The translations under genes were made by a program, and so were the position numbers. Under the pieces are notes generated by a model. That model saw only the letters and a list, made by a program, of their open reading frames with translations. It did no database searches and was not told where the DNA came from. From assembly GCA_951406725.2 (NCBI GenBank), contig OX597827.1:25606001-25670000 (forward strand): a DNA stretch of 64,000 bases, in the 5' to 3' direction. Positions 41,465-54,832 of the stretch are shown piece by piece. The number at the start of each line of letters is the position of its first letter. Positions within the stretch are counted from its first letter, which is position 1. The DNA is from Octopus vulgaris. Lineage: Eukaryota.

Positions 41465-41497
<33 letters not shown>

Positions 41498-41915
41498 AAG
41501 GATTATTCAATACATTGGTAGAGTACAGATGTATTATTCTTTAAGAAGAATAGCATTGGCAACGACTTCGAAGTCACTGTCAGCACAATTTTTGTTAAAG
41601 AATAACATATATTTGTACACACTCACATATGTACATGCATGTAGGTGTAAATATATACGAATTGAATATTCGTTGAGCATTTTTGGAACTTCTTTTTAAC
41701 TGACGCTTTTTCTGTCAAGAAAACATCTTGAAACGCCTGTTGGACGATGTATTCTCTCATATGTAAAAGGAGGTATGCTCGCAGTTAGAAAGCTTCGAAT
41801 GGATCATATTTAGGGTGAAACGACAACAATACCGTCAACCAGTCGTGCACACACGCATACATAAATACATACACACATATATGTGCATAAATTTTCGACT
41901 AGTTTCATTGTTGTC

Positions 41916-41995
<80 letters not shown>

Positions 41996-43679
41996 CATAC
42001 ATATATATCACTGTTATGTGTCATCCTTCATGAGCAGGTGTCAATAAGATAAGTAGCAGCAGAGTATTAAAATCGATCTTTTCGACAGAATTCTTGCTCA
42101 AATTGAATCGATTGTTTTCTTCTCTCAAAAGCACTGGCCTTCTGCCTCTGCTATAAATCATTATTCGAATGTGTGTGCACAAAGTGAAGCATTACAAATT
42201 GTGTACAACCTGCAAATACGTTACGTTTGAAACACTGGAATGTAATAACACTTGTTACATGTACTGTACTGTAGTTTGCAATTGCTATGCATATATTCAG
42301 CGTACGTCTTTAAACATATCTTCCCGTACACACAAAGGCTATTGGGTCACATGTGACTCATATTTATGGAATTTCTCAAATTTCACAGTCGTCTGCTTTA
42401 GCCAAAGTGGAACATTAATTTTCAATTGTCAGATGTTTATTGAACTGACTCACGACTATCGATATATGTATGATATTTTTTTTTTTTTCTACATCCATGC
42501 TGAACATACCAACCAGTTGATTTTTTTCCTATCTCCGCTATAGTGAAAGGAATATTTCATTTCTATCGTAACCTATGAAATTGTCACCTACATACGTGAT
42601 TGATGTCTGCTTTACAAACATTTCGTTCCCATGTGCTCAAGTAAAATATGGTTACACAAATTTGACGAGTGTCTCCACTTCCTCTTAACAACATGGCGAT
42701 GGTTATAACATTTCTACCTTAAACAAAATTTTCAGGTTTTTATTCTCTTTATATTTTTGCTTCTGTTGAGTAGCAGTTGTTGGTGTTGACCCTTATTCCG
42801 TCGTTACGTTGAAACATAGACCAAATTTCCCTGTTGCTAAAATAATATCAGTGAAAGCGTATATTAACATAACACTTCCTTTAATATTATCATGCAACCT
42901 TTTATGTCGGTTTGTTGACATGTTTGCAAAGACACAATGTAAACTTCCCAGAAAATAACATTATCTCCTCCATTATCATACATTCATTGCATGCATGCAA
43001 GAACAACAAACCCGATACAAACTATATATGTATAGTGAAAATATTTTTTGCTGGTTCAAATTTCCCTTCTTTTGAAGTTTAGAATGTATTTATTTATTTA
43101 TGAGCTTTTTTGCATTAATTTAAATACCAACTATTAATAAAACAAACTTCAGAACATTAAAGTATTGATTTTAGACACAGAATATATTCATGGTAAAATT
43201 TGATAAACTTTCACTAGTCCAACCGTTTAATAGTTTCTAAGAAAACATTGTGTTCGATAGGAAATATGAATAAAAGAAATCAAAAACCGCCATATAACCT
43301 TCATCTACTGTTCAGTTATTTGTCGTTGTAGATAGAAGCTCCTTAAAGGAATTATAACATTACTTGGCGCACACAATGATCATGTTTGCTTTAAATGTAT
43401 ACTTGTTTCCTCTGTCACTCTATTAGAAAACCAAACTATCGTGTTCTTCAAACGTATCTCTGAGCAATATTTAAATTGTTTTGGCACAAACACCAATACT
43501 TTCGAAATTTTGTTGTTACTGTTCATGATAAGTCACGAGTCGGCAATGACCAACTAAAGTTAGGAAGATAGGTGCTTAAGTAGTAAACATTGTTTCTTTA
43601 TGTGTATCTAAATCTCTTTTAAAGCTTAATAGTCAGAGGAGTTGCTCGTGATAACTTCCAATGTCCCTGATTCTGAGAC

Positions 43680-44200
43680 CTGTCGGATGTTTTGCCGTAT
43701 TTCTCTCAGGTGGAGTGATAACATAAAGACTTGCTTATTTTGGAGTATTCCGAAGCCGTGATTATCCTGTTTTAATTTTTCAAATATAATCTAGAATTAC
43801 AAATGTGTGACTCCTTCAGTCACAAAATACTTTAGATTTAGGGATATTTTTGCAATGTCACTGACGAGAGCATAAATCTCGTTTAGGAAGAAATGTTAAA
43901 CTCTGTATTCTCTTTTCCTTCCATAACAGCAAATTCTTTTTGGAATAATTCTAGAAGAGCAACTTTTGTTGAGAGTTTATGTATTATTTCTCCTTAGATG
44001 AATTGTAAACATCTTTAGAAGTACTCAAAGAAATACCTGCAGTTGCTTATCATTAGTTAATCTAATTGGAAGCTAATATGTCTGTTTAAAGTTTAAATTC
44101 TAGTCTATCGTCCGTGGGTAACTACTAGTTCCTCCTTCATTTCTGAGCTTCTTTAAAAGTATTTAGGCTCACGAGCGCGTTGATGATCTCCCAGTAAAGC
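43680..44200 (-). pseudogene. Possible Penelope-like RT remnant
   Basis: Weak: PKSKVFC..LKE and RIITASEYSKISKSL resemble the PLE motif FITLKDHK..RLINPAKSExGKISK. Confidence 0.3.
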
Positions 44201-45212
44201 TGCTTATAAATGCTTTGAACGACATTTCTCCTTCCTTTGTCACCCAGAAGGTAACTGTAAAAATGAAAACTATTTCCTGGTGTTCTTGATTGTATAGTTG
44301 TCGAACTGTTTACTGGATTCTACGGGTTGCAGTAGAACATGGTTGTTGATTGACAGATAGCAAACTCTGTAAACGATTAGCCTTTAGCATCACAATTGAG
44401 TCGTTCAAAAGCTAAGACAATATAATGCTTAGTAAACCAGACCAAACTTTAGACGTTTAACACCCTGAAAGTATCCGAAATGTATGGAACACACATTTCA
44501 AATATTTTACAACAAAAGATAGGTCGGAAGGAAACTGCACGTGTTTTCAAGGTGAAACCACAAGTTGGCTTCAGGCAATTAAAAAAAAAAACCCTTAGCA
44601 GATAAGAGTCATATGCAGGTGGATTGTAGAATAGGTAAAACACCAAATGTTCTGTGATTATATCAATTTAATATATCTGCGTTCAATGAAAGCCAATCCA
44701 CTTACGAGACAGAAAATAAGCTACAAATAAATGTTGGAAATAAATGTAATTCAAAGAGAACGGCCACTGCAACATGTCCTGTGACCATTAATTTCAATGA
44801 AATAAAAACAAAAAAAAATATTAGATCTCTTCACAATTGTTGACGATTTATTTAAAACATGTGCATTATTACCTAACACCAGGATAAATAAATGAGATTC
44901 TAATGTATTTGGAATAGTAATAATTACAAATCTTATAGCTTTGAACAAAACTGATATCCTACAGAAAGTATTTCATTTGATTAAGAAAACGACTCCAATT
45001 TCTACGTGTTTTTCATGCCAAGAAATAATAAATGCGACATGTTTGTGAATGAGAAAACTTCCATTATAATGATTTATTAACTTGTTTACTTCAATCAAGA
45101 CAAACATTTCAACAGTCTCTATTAAAGGTATTGACAGTTAACATATCAGCTTTCAAACAACATAGATTCACTGAGAAACGTATTGACCGCACTATGCCTA
45201 CATCATTATGTG

Positions 45213-45262
<50 letters not shown>

Positions 45263-45529
45263 ATATATATGTATATATATATGTATATATATATATAGTA
45301 TATATATGTATATATACATATATATCTATATATATGCGTATATAGTATATATATATATATGTATGTATATATATATACAGATATATGTATATATATATAT
45401 ACATATATACATGTATATATATACGTATATATGTATATATATATATATATATATGTATATACATACATATATACTTATATATATATATCGATATAGATAT
45501 ATATATTTGTGTGTGTTTGTGTGCGTGTG

Positions 45530-45570
<41 letters not shown>

Positions 45571-46068
45571 ATGTGTGTACATATAGAATTAGATTAACTT
45601 ACAATATACCACGCCATTTTTAATGAAAAGAAAGAGCTTCTTCACTTTAATGTAATTTTTATGTTGCTCTGACTATGATTCCACGCATTCTCAAAATAGT
45701 TACCAAATTCTTTTGGCAGCTTAAACATGCATATCCGTGTTTCCGAAACCTATATGGCACTTTTCTGTTCATTTTCAATTCCATGCGAATTGTCAGACTA
45801 TCTTTGACTCAATGTGACTCGGTTGTCTTTCGTTCTTCAAATGTTTGCTGGTCACCATCTTCGATTTTTGTAGCAGTATGACAAATCTTCAATCTTTCGT
45901 ATAAATGAGAAGTGTGTGTGTGTGTGTGGGGGGTCACTAGTTCCTTATTTTTATAGGTAAAGTTTGACTGTGCCGAATTTTGAGATTTAAATATTTAAAT
46001 ATATTAAAACCAATGTCGAACCTGGATAAAGACGGACCAAATGTGCTAAGGATGCAGCTAGCTCTCCG

Positions 46069-46134
<66 letters not shown>

Positions 46135-46149
46135 CAATAATAATATTAA

Positions 46150-46700
46150 TACCATGATGCAGTACCAGGCAGTGGCTCTCATGGCTTCTGATCTTAACTG
46201 ATTGGACGTGTTATAATGCACCTTGTTTTGTCCTGGTATAAAAGCTGGTCTACAGCAAATATTCTGCTCAATACCACAGATTTGCTTGTCAGTTATTTGA
46301 CCGTAACCAGTTGAGCATGTCTCTTAGTGGCCGACGATATGTGCATCCCATCACGAGCAGGAGTAGTGAGGGAGCATCATAGCCATGTGTTGAAAGGAAT
46401 TCTTAGAGGATTGGATAATTCACCTTTGGAAACATGGGTGGTTCGTTCAACTTCCTTAAACAATCCTTATTCAGGGAACATTTGGGCGGGATGGGTTACT
46501 CGACCAGAAGAACATTCTAACTGGGCCCTACCTGGAAGGTCATGCGCTGTTAATCTTGATATACGATCACCATGTCGCGCACATATGGTTGTGATGCATG
46601 TGCCTGGTGTACCCTTATCAGACGGGTAGTCATGACGGGTATACTGGGCTTCGTATATTTTACCCCAGTGTCACTTTGATGGCATGCACTGCTCTCTCAA
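46150..46700. mobile_element. ~550-bp non-coding interspersed element flanked by (TAA)n
   Basis: Homologous copy at 63391-63927; further starts at 46784 and 63975. Confidence 0.8.
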
Positions 46701-46702
46701 TC

Positions 46703-46764
<62 letters not shown>

Positions 46765-46809
46765 CAACAACAACAATAATAATGCCATGATGCACTACTA
46801 AGTACAAGC

Positions 46810-47345
46810 TTTCTCACTGGTTAGTGAGTGCTGTAAGTTTCAACAAGTCGATAACCAATGGAGACACGACAATGTGGCCAGATATGTCCACTGGCTGTTG
46901 TGCGGTAAAGCCGAACAGTGGTATGAGGGAGTAACGGAAAACGAACATTACATGAGATTTCAACATGTAGTGCGACTAAGTGATAGTGGTGAAACGACCA
47001 GATATCGAGTTCATCCATAAAACTGGAAAAGAAGTAAAGATAATAGATGTCATCAGGAATTTTGAAATTTCGACATACACCAGGGGATACCAGGGTGGAA
47101 TGTAAGGAAAGAGAAAAGAATGAAGTATACCAGCCACTGCGTGGTGAGATAGGAAAGTTATGGGTCATGATGAAAGTAATGGTGATACCGGTGGTGATTG
47201 GAGAACTAGGAGCAGTTTCCAAGGACTATGAAAAACATATTCAGAATATTGGATCTGCTGTCAGGCTCGAGGTGATCCAGAAGACAGCATTGTTGGGTAC
47301 GGTTCACATTCTAAGGAGAGTATTGTCTGCATTCAAGTAAAGAAT
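46810..47345 (+). pseudogene. R4/Dong-clade non-LTR 3' fragment (RHD motif and restriction-like endonuclease region)
   Basis: LVSEC..RHDNVARYVHWLLC..WYE; KIIDV..PGDTRV..KEREK; PVVIGELG..IQKTALLGTVHILRRVL. Confidence 0.8.
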
Positions 47346-48110
47346 AACCGGCAATTAAGAACTATCCCAGAGTCTTTCGGAATAACAAAATCAACAATGA
47401 TAATAATAATTATAATGATGATAATAATTATAATCAACGTAGTCGTCGTCATTATCATCATCATCTTCATCACTATCTCTCCGCTGTAAAGTAGATGTTA
47501 AGATAACTACTGGTATTGAAATATATTTTAAATAAACAGTTTATACTGAGTGATTATAAGGTTTTCTTTGTCGATATCCTGGCAAAGATGTCGTAAGTTT
47601 GCAGATAATTTGTTTATGAATATGAAGACGTCTCTGATGGTCTGCAATTCAAACCAGTTAATGAATTATATTTGTTGGAACATACAAATATATAACATTT
47701 AAAAGCAGACATTTTAGCACTTACAATGACATATGCATATGGCCATATAAATAATTATTGTACTGCTACAACAGATACACGCACTAAAACATGCTTATGT
47801 AGACATACATATATACACATATACATACGTACACACATACATATTTTATATATGCACACATATATATTTACAAATAAGGAATTGGTGTAAAACCTATATA
47901 TCATTTCAAACACAAAAATTGGAAGATCCACCAAAATCAGATGTTCAGTATCCCATTCGTGAGGGATCGATTCTAGATGGCTCGGAACAATTGTAGTGAT
48001 CAATAAAGATTCTCATATCTTCCATCTCTCTCGTTAATCAAATACCCAGCATTGAGCCAGTGAACGTGCTTTACCGGCAAACTATCAGTGTATACCATAT
48101 AATTCATTAA

Positions 48111-48160
<50 letters not shown>

Positions 48161-49023
48161 AATAATAATAATAATATGTGTGTGTACCTATATACATATG
48201 AAGTTATATTTTTATATACATATTATTGTATGTACATAAATACATTTTTATAAATACATGAATATACACATATATTTACATAGCTACACCCTTCGAGGTA
48301 CATAGAAAATCCCGGATATTTTGTACGTCATCAGGAATTTAGAAATTTCGGCATACATCATAAACTATTCAGTGTATATTGTAGAAATTGTAGGGAAATA
48401 TTCTTGTTAACTTAGTCATTCCAAATCTCTGGATTAAATAATATTATTGTACTGTCCATGTAATTCTATGGTGATGATGACGAAACAAACAAAATCCCAA
48501 TTTTGAAGTACCAGTGCAAATCTCACGTTCGGAAGGGGCAAAGTTTGTCAGTTCAGTTCTGTACGTTTCAATGATGCTTTTTGATATTCACTAATGGTCA
48601 TTGTGAAACTGAACAACTAATAATTAGTGCCTGAAATTTAAATAGCCGACTGATTGGTGTCAGAGTTATGTTCTGATACCGCTACAGATTACTGGTTCTA
48701 AGGCGTGATTACTTTATGTTCGAATTATATGAGTCATGATTCAGTCGTAAATTTTGGAGGATATTGTTTAAGAAGGAACATAACCGATACCCCAGTATTG
48801 AGCATTAAATTACGCCGAAGGACACTTGCCGATTAAAGGCTGTTCAAAATTTCAGTTCAATAACATAACTTAACTGAAGAATCGTTCGTTGATGGTAGTA
48901 TGCAGACAACAAATAAAAAAAGCAACAGACTGTTTCCTTGAAAGATTCCTCTTTTGATATTTACCTCTCCCAGCTTATCTCCCCAAGCTGTCAGTTCAGT
49001 TCGCCACGTTATCACTGAGTTTT

Positions 49024-49026
<3 letters not shown>

Positions 49027-49115
<89 letters not shown>
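49027..49115. repeat. (ATT)n array at the LINE 5' junction
   Basis: Seen directly. Confidence 0.95.
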
Positions 49116-49120
<5 letters not shown>

Positions 49121-49345
49121 TATTCCTTCTCGAAAGGACGACGTGTGTAAAGCAGCTCCGTAAGTTTTGTGCCAATTTGATTGGAAATTTCTCTAAAAGT
49201 TTTTATATTTTTCGATATTTGTGTGGCCAAGACAACTAACTTCAAGCGGAGCTAGTTGGCTCGGCAAAATTTTACCCCATTGGGAGTAAAATTACGTTTT
49301 GAAATTTGAACATTTTGAAAATTATACATATACATTTCAACAAAC

Positions 49346-51210
49346 ATGGCTATGAAGCGAGCAGTCGGCTGTTCCTTTCTCCCTACACCACACCCTCCGA
49401 AAACACACACATTGTTAAAAACGGTTCCAAACCGCCCACTTCGCGCCATAAAAGGCAACAAAAATCCTCCTTTCGAAGCTGAAAGCACGTGCAGCGTTCG
49501 AAAGGAGAAAGAAAACCAGGACTTCACTTTCGACGTCATTGAAGATTTCCCTCCTCTTCCCTCCATCAATGTTCCGGTACCGGAGAAGGAGGGAAGAAAG
49601 ATCGTTCCAAAGAAAAGCAACAACGATGGCGTCACCTTTGACGTCACCGAAGATTTTCCTTCTCTTCCCTCCACCAGTGCTCCAGTACCGGAGAAGGAGG
49701 GAAAGAAAATGACCAGCAACCACACCGACACCACCACCAGCAACAACACAACAAGGCATCGTAGCAATTTCGCCTCCGCTGCAAAACAAAGCTCGGAGGA
49801 AGTGAACGTTACGATGGAGGAAATCAAAAGCGCAAAGGAGTTGTTGAGAAAAGAGGGGAACAGTGTTTTCCTCAATACACCTCAACAACTCATACATGAC
49901 ACTAACAAGAACACAATATTTTACTAGGTTTTCGACAAGAAAAACAAAAAAGCTAATTAACGCAACACTCCAACAATTGGAAATAGCTCTGAAGCCCATA
50001 TGGGGCAAAAAGAGCTATGTCACCAGAGGGAAGCGTTTCAGAATCGTGGAGGTTCGTTTCCCAACAGAGGAGGATGCAGGGGCGCATGCCATTTCTCCCT
50101 TGCAAAATGAAAATTTGTTATGCGTTCCAGCGTACCTCGGGCGAAGGGTCACGAAAATAAAAATCGACATAGTACCCCACGAACTAAATATATCATGTCG
50201 TCTATGACATAGAGGACACTGCCACTATTCTGGATGTACGGAGAGTGAAGGAAAAAAACTGGTCAGGTATGGGTATTCAACTGCTGGTACAAATCCAGCA
50301 GGAAAACATTAATGCCATACCTGACTCGGTAAATTTGCCGGACGCACCAGGCTGCACGTTGCTGTGGAGGGGCGAAAGCCAAAATATTATCTCTGCAGCA
50401 GCGAAAGCCACCTAAAAAGGGACTGCCCCATTTACAAGAAAAGAATGGAGGCAGACGGCAAGAGGAAGCAGCAGTAACAACAACAACGACAACAGAAACA
50501 ACAACAGCAAGAAACACCAAAGGCTGCCACACAACCAACACCTACACCACCACCACCACGAACGACTCAACCTCCAAAAACTACCAAACCAACACCAACC
50601 CCAGCACCAAGAAAGACAAAAACAAAGAAGGAAGAAGAATCACCGACACCGTCACCATCACCAACAGATACTGCAACACCACCGCTTCCAGCAGAACCAA
50701 CAATTTTTCGCCCTGCTGCTGAAGCGGACCCGACAGCCATAACCTTTCCGGATCAGGACATCTCGGATTGTGCGAGCACTGATACCGAGAAAGGTGAATG
50801 GCACAAAGTGCCTCCGAAGAAGAAGATGAGGAAGAAGCAAAAATACACACAGGGGAAGCACGAACAAATAGTGCTTCCCAACATCAACAACAACACACAC
50901 TCACAACAACAAACAACAACACTTTCGACACCACTACTGCCACTGCCACACACACCAACACACACAGACACGATTGCAGCCATAAACACAAAAAATGAAA
51001 AACTCGTTTCATATATAAAAGACAACACAAGCAAAAACATTACAGATTTCATAATACCTACACACAACCAAAAGACAGAGTGACATAAAACATATTCCCT
51101 AACGATGTCGGATCGCTAGGGAGAAGTTTCTCAAAGAAACTTTATAATAATATTGTGGAAACACCCGTGCAAAAGCGCAAGAGAGCCACCCCCACCACCA
51201 ACAACAGTAA
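49346..51210 (+). pseudogene. LINE ORF1 (gag-like), frameshifted
   Basis: ATG at 49346; duplicated TFDVxEDFPxLPS..PVPEKEG; GRKPKYYLCSSESHLKRDCP (CX2CX4HX4C with first C to Y, ~50370-50430); Thr-rich tail. Confidence 0.75.
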
Positions 51211-51252
51211 GTAGAGCCTTTTTCTCCTTTTATTTTTTGTCATCCTTGAAAC

Positions 51253-54170
51253 ATGGCAAAACTTAGAATCGGTTGCTTGAATGTGAGAAGCCTCGGGTCA
51301 CCTTGGAAACAGGGTCACCTGTTAAACGACCTGAGGTTTCATGATGTGGATGTAGCAGCCATTAGTGAAACCAGGCTCTCCGACCCGCAGGAACTCGCAG
51401 CCCTTTTCGATCTCCGTGTCGGCCGGGAGGGGGCGGTGGTGGTACTGCGGTGTTGTTTCGGAAGGGCCTGGACTTGAAAATAAGGACAGTCTTCCTGGAT
51501 CCAGAAGGTAAGTTGGTGGTCCTCGACGTAGGCGGTAGTGACAGCAGTGCTTTCAGACTGCTGGCAGATTATTTCGGATTATTTCAAACGTCTGGAAGTT
51601 TTCCTGGGAACGTCACGCACTCTAGCGCTAGTTGGGGATTGGAACGCTGTCTTAGACGAACGTTTCGATCAGGTGAGCAGGGGAGCATCTGATAGGAAAG
51701 GAGGGTGCAAGAGCCTCGCCAACCTACTCGGACGCTTTTAGCTGTCCGACAGGTTTCGACTAGACAACCCGAATGTGCCAATGTGGATGGACCAATCGCA
51801 TCGGGTCGTCTAGATCCTACTTAGATAGAGTGTTTTGTAGGCCAGCGGATAAGGACAGCATAGGGTGCCCACAATTCCACCTAGTCGACTACACGGACCA
51901 CAAATTCCTGATCTGTACGGTCGACTTAGATAGGCTACATAGACAGGGACCCGGCTACTGGAAGCTGAACGCGTCGTTAACGGCGTGCAAAGCTTACAGA
52001 GACCGGATTAGCTTACTAGTTAAGCGGGCGCTCACGGGGGCAATCATCAACAACAATTCGTGGTTTGCACTCAAGAGAGCAATTAGAGTAGAGTAGATTA
52101 CGTTTAGTAAGGCTCTAGCGATTGAACGTAGGAAGAGAGAGAGGGATTTAGTTAAGAAACTAGACGAGGCTCTTGAGACTGGCATCGCGACCGACGTGTT
52201 GGCAGCAAGGTTGGCCCATGAGCAACACTTTGACACCAAACACGAAGGCTGCGTTGTCAGAGCTAAGGCACGTTCGCTAAGCGGGGAGGGGACTAGAGCC
52301 GCTCGATGGGCCCGCGTGACGGAGGCGAAGCGAGGCAACAAAGCAACCATTCGGTCTTTGGTGGACCAGAACGGGCGCGAGGTTACCGAACCGAAGCAGA
52401 TGTGTGCGGTGTTTCAGAGGCACTTTACTCAACTGTTTGGGACGAGCGGTGGAACGGACAACGGAACAGACTTTGGTGTGGACCTGGACGGCCTACCGCA
52501 ACTCTCGGACAGTGAGGCAGAGTGCTGCGAAGGACCGATATCTGCCTGGGAAGTGGAAGAAGCAATGAAGAGTAGCACGCGAGGTAGATCGCCGGGTTTG
52601 GATGGTCTGCCCTACGAACTTTACACTTCAATGCCAGACTTGTTTTCGGGCCTGTTGGCAAGCGTCTACTGCAACTGGCAGCAAAACGGGAAAATTCCTG
52701 CTTTTGTCTGTCGAGGGGTGGTGGCTTTGCTGAGAAAGGACCCAAAGAAAGGGGACGTTATAGGGAATTTTCGGCCCATCACTCTGCTCAATGCAGAGTT
52801 GAAGATTTTGGACAAGGTGCTAGCCAAGAGATTGGCGCTTGTCGTGGAGAAGCTGGTTGGCAAGACGCAGAAATGCGCCGTGCCGACCAGGTCAATACAC
52901 GACAACCTCCATCATATGCGCCACATCATAGAGAGAGTGGGTAACGACGCTGGCGCGGGTGGGGCTTTGATCAATTTAGATCAGAGTAAAGCCTTCGATA
53001 GGGTCGACCATCGGTACCTGGCAGCTGTTCTCAAGGCAGCCGGCTTCGGTCCAGTCTTCCGTGGGTGGATCGCTGCTTTATACAGCAACATCTGCTCGGT
53101 GATACGGGTAAACAGTCACCTTTCGGAACCGTTTGACATCTCGCGTTCGGTCCGCCAAGGATGCCCTCTCTCCTCCCTCTTGTACATATTGACTCTCAAG
53201 CCATTACTGCGCAAGTTGGAGGCTTTGAGGGGTATCCCGCGCGATCTAGGAGGTGGAAACAGCGTGTCTGCCTATGCCGACGACGTCACCGTGATGGTGT
53301 CGAGCCACAGGCACATTGACCTGTTGGCGAGACACTAAACGAGTACGAAGCGGTGACAGGGGCAAATATTAACGCGGAAAATTCTGTGCGCTTGCAACTG
53401 GAAACCTGGAGAGGCAGGCCCATGCCGTCCAACAGCGTCGTAGGTCGCTGGACAGACGGACCCGTTAAACTGCTCGGGGTCTGGTTCGGTCCGGTCCTCC
53501 AGGTGGATAAAAACTGGGAAGAAGTGACGAGCAGGGTGGCACGTCTCACCCAGAAATGGGCCGAGAGGAAGCTGTCCCTGAAAGGTCGGGCGGAGGTGGC
53601 GAATGCGTACATCGCATCCGTCATCTATTACCGCTTGACCGTCGTCCCTTGTCCCGACCGCTGGTTGGCCAAGCTGGTACGCCTGATCTTCGACTTTTTG
53701 TGGAAGGGTCAGGTGCCACTAGTCAGGCGATCCATCTGCTGTCAACGACCGCTGAACGGAGACCTTGGCATGCCGTGGTTACTGATGCGCAGACATGCAC
53801 TCAGGCTGCGACATCTCAAGCGTTTCCTAGACGGTGAACAGGGGTGCGACTTTCCACAGCTCGTCTCTTTGACAGAGCTGCAGACCTGGATCAAACGTAG
53901 ACCGAGAAAGGGCGCTTGGCACCTCGAGTGCCGTCAAGCTCTCTCCGCCCTCCGCCAAGCGGGCAATGCGATCGGTTTTAGTTCCACTCTAGCGTTCTAT
54001 AGAAGGTTAGTGGAGGAAAAAATGCGACATAGTTCTCGGGGAAACTCTAGGCGTTGATGATAACGAACTGAGCGGTCTGTTCAGAAGGACTTTCGGGTCG
54101 GGGCTAATGGATTATTTCCAGAGGTCACTCGCCTGGCAGTGCTACCGAGGGGCTCTGCCTGTTTGGGATA
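51253..54170 (+). pseudogene. LINE ORF2: AP endonuclease + reverse transcriptase, disrupted
   Basis: LNVRSL, ISETRL, GDWN, YLDRV, TDHK; SPGLDGLPYELY, FRPITLLN, DQSKAFDRVDH, VRQGCPLS, AYADD, LSLKGR; several frameshifts/stops and a C-terminal deletion. Confidence 0.9.
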
Positions 54171-54544
54171 GAGAGGTTAGAGAGGAGAGTGCTGTCTGAT
54201 AGCAAGTTTTCTGAAAGGTGGGTGAATTGTGCAAGCATGGCCAGTATAAATGGACCAATTCTCAGGTTTCGCCTGTAATTGAAAAAGGTATTATAAAAGG
54301 AGAAATGGGCTCTCTACCCCCCTTTTGACCAGGCTCCCGTTGGATTTTGTGGGTTTTTCCACCAGGAACCTTTCGTAACGCCTCCCCCTATTGGGAGTTT
54401 TTCGTTGTTATATTATTTGATTGTTACACTGTTGTTACACGATTCTTTCACAAACGGACAAAACCCTTTGTAACCTTTCGTCCTGTTTTGTCCCTTTATG
54501 TTTTCTAATCATATTTGTCAGCCCTTGTGGCCAATAAAAAGAAT

Positions 54545-54565
54545 TAATTATTATTACTATTATTA

Positions 54566-54646
<81 letters not shown>

Positions 54647-54647
54647 G
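54545..54647. repeat. (ATT)n array at the LINE 3' junction
   Basis: Seen directly. Confidence 0.95.
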
Positions 54648-54832
54648 TATTTGCCAGTTGTTCACTACCAGTGAACAAAGGTAACACTCCTTATTTTTCG
54701 AGCACCTTCCGGAGTATTCGAGCGTTTCCAAGCAGTGCTGTTTTCCGCAAGTGCTCCACCCTTATTGCAGCACTTATTTGTTCCGTGTGCTTATTAATAT
54801 TTTCACTCACGGTTCCCAGGGCTTCAACAATT
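54648..54832 (-). pseudogene. 5'-truncated R4/Dong 3' end
   Basis: Minus IIVEALGTVSENINKHTEQISAAIRVEHLRKTALLGNARILRKVLEK*, short 3' UTR, then (AAT)n. Confidence 0.8.

Larger units (their letters stand above)
49121..54543 (+). mobile_element. Near full-length disabled Tx1/L1-clade LINE
   Basis: 5' UTR, ORF1 with zinc knuckle, ORF2 APE+RT, 3' UTR with AATAAA; GC-rich relative to the flanks; (ATT)n on both sides. Confidence 0.9.

Noticed and set aside
42169-42543. Cys-rich ORF, with antisense LWLKQ resembling nAChR
   Set aside because: No consistent domain pattern; the match is too short
43857-43890. CTGACGA-GAG..CTC hairpin
   Set aside because: GAAA is replaced by GTTT and there is no stem I/III; other isolated CTGANGA hits (8707, 11692, 17375, 23340, 25325) also failed
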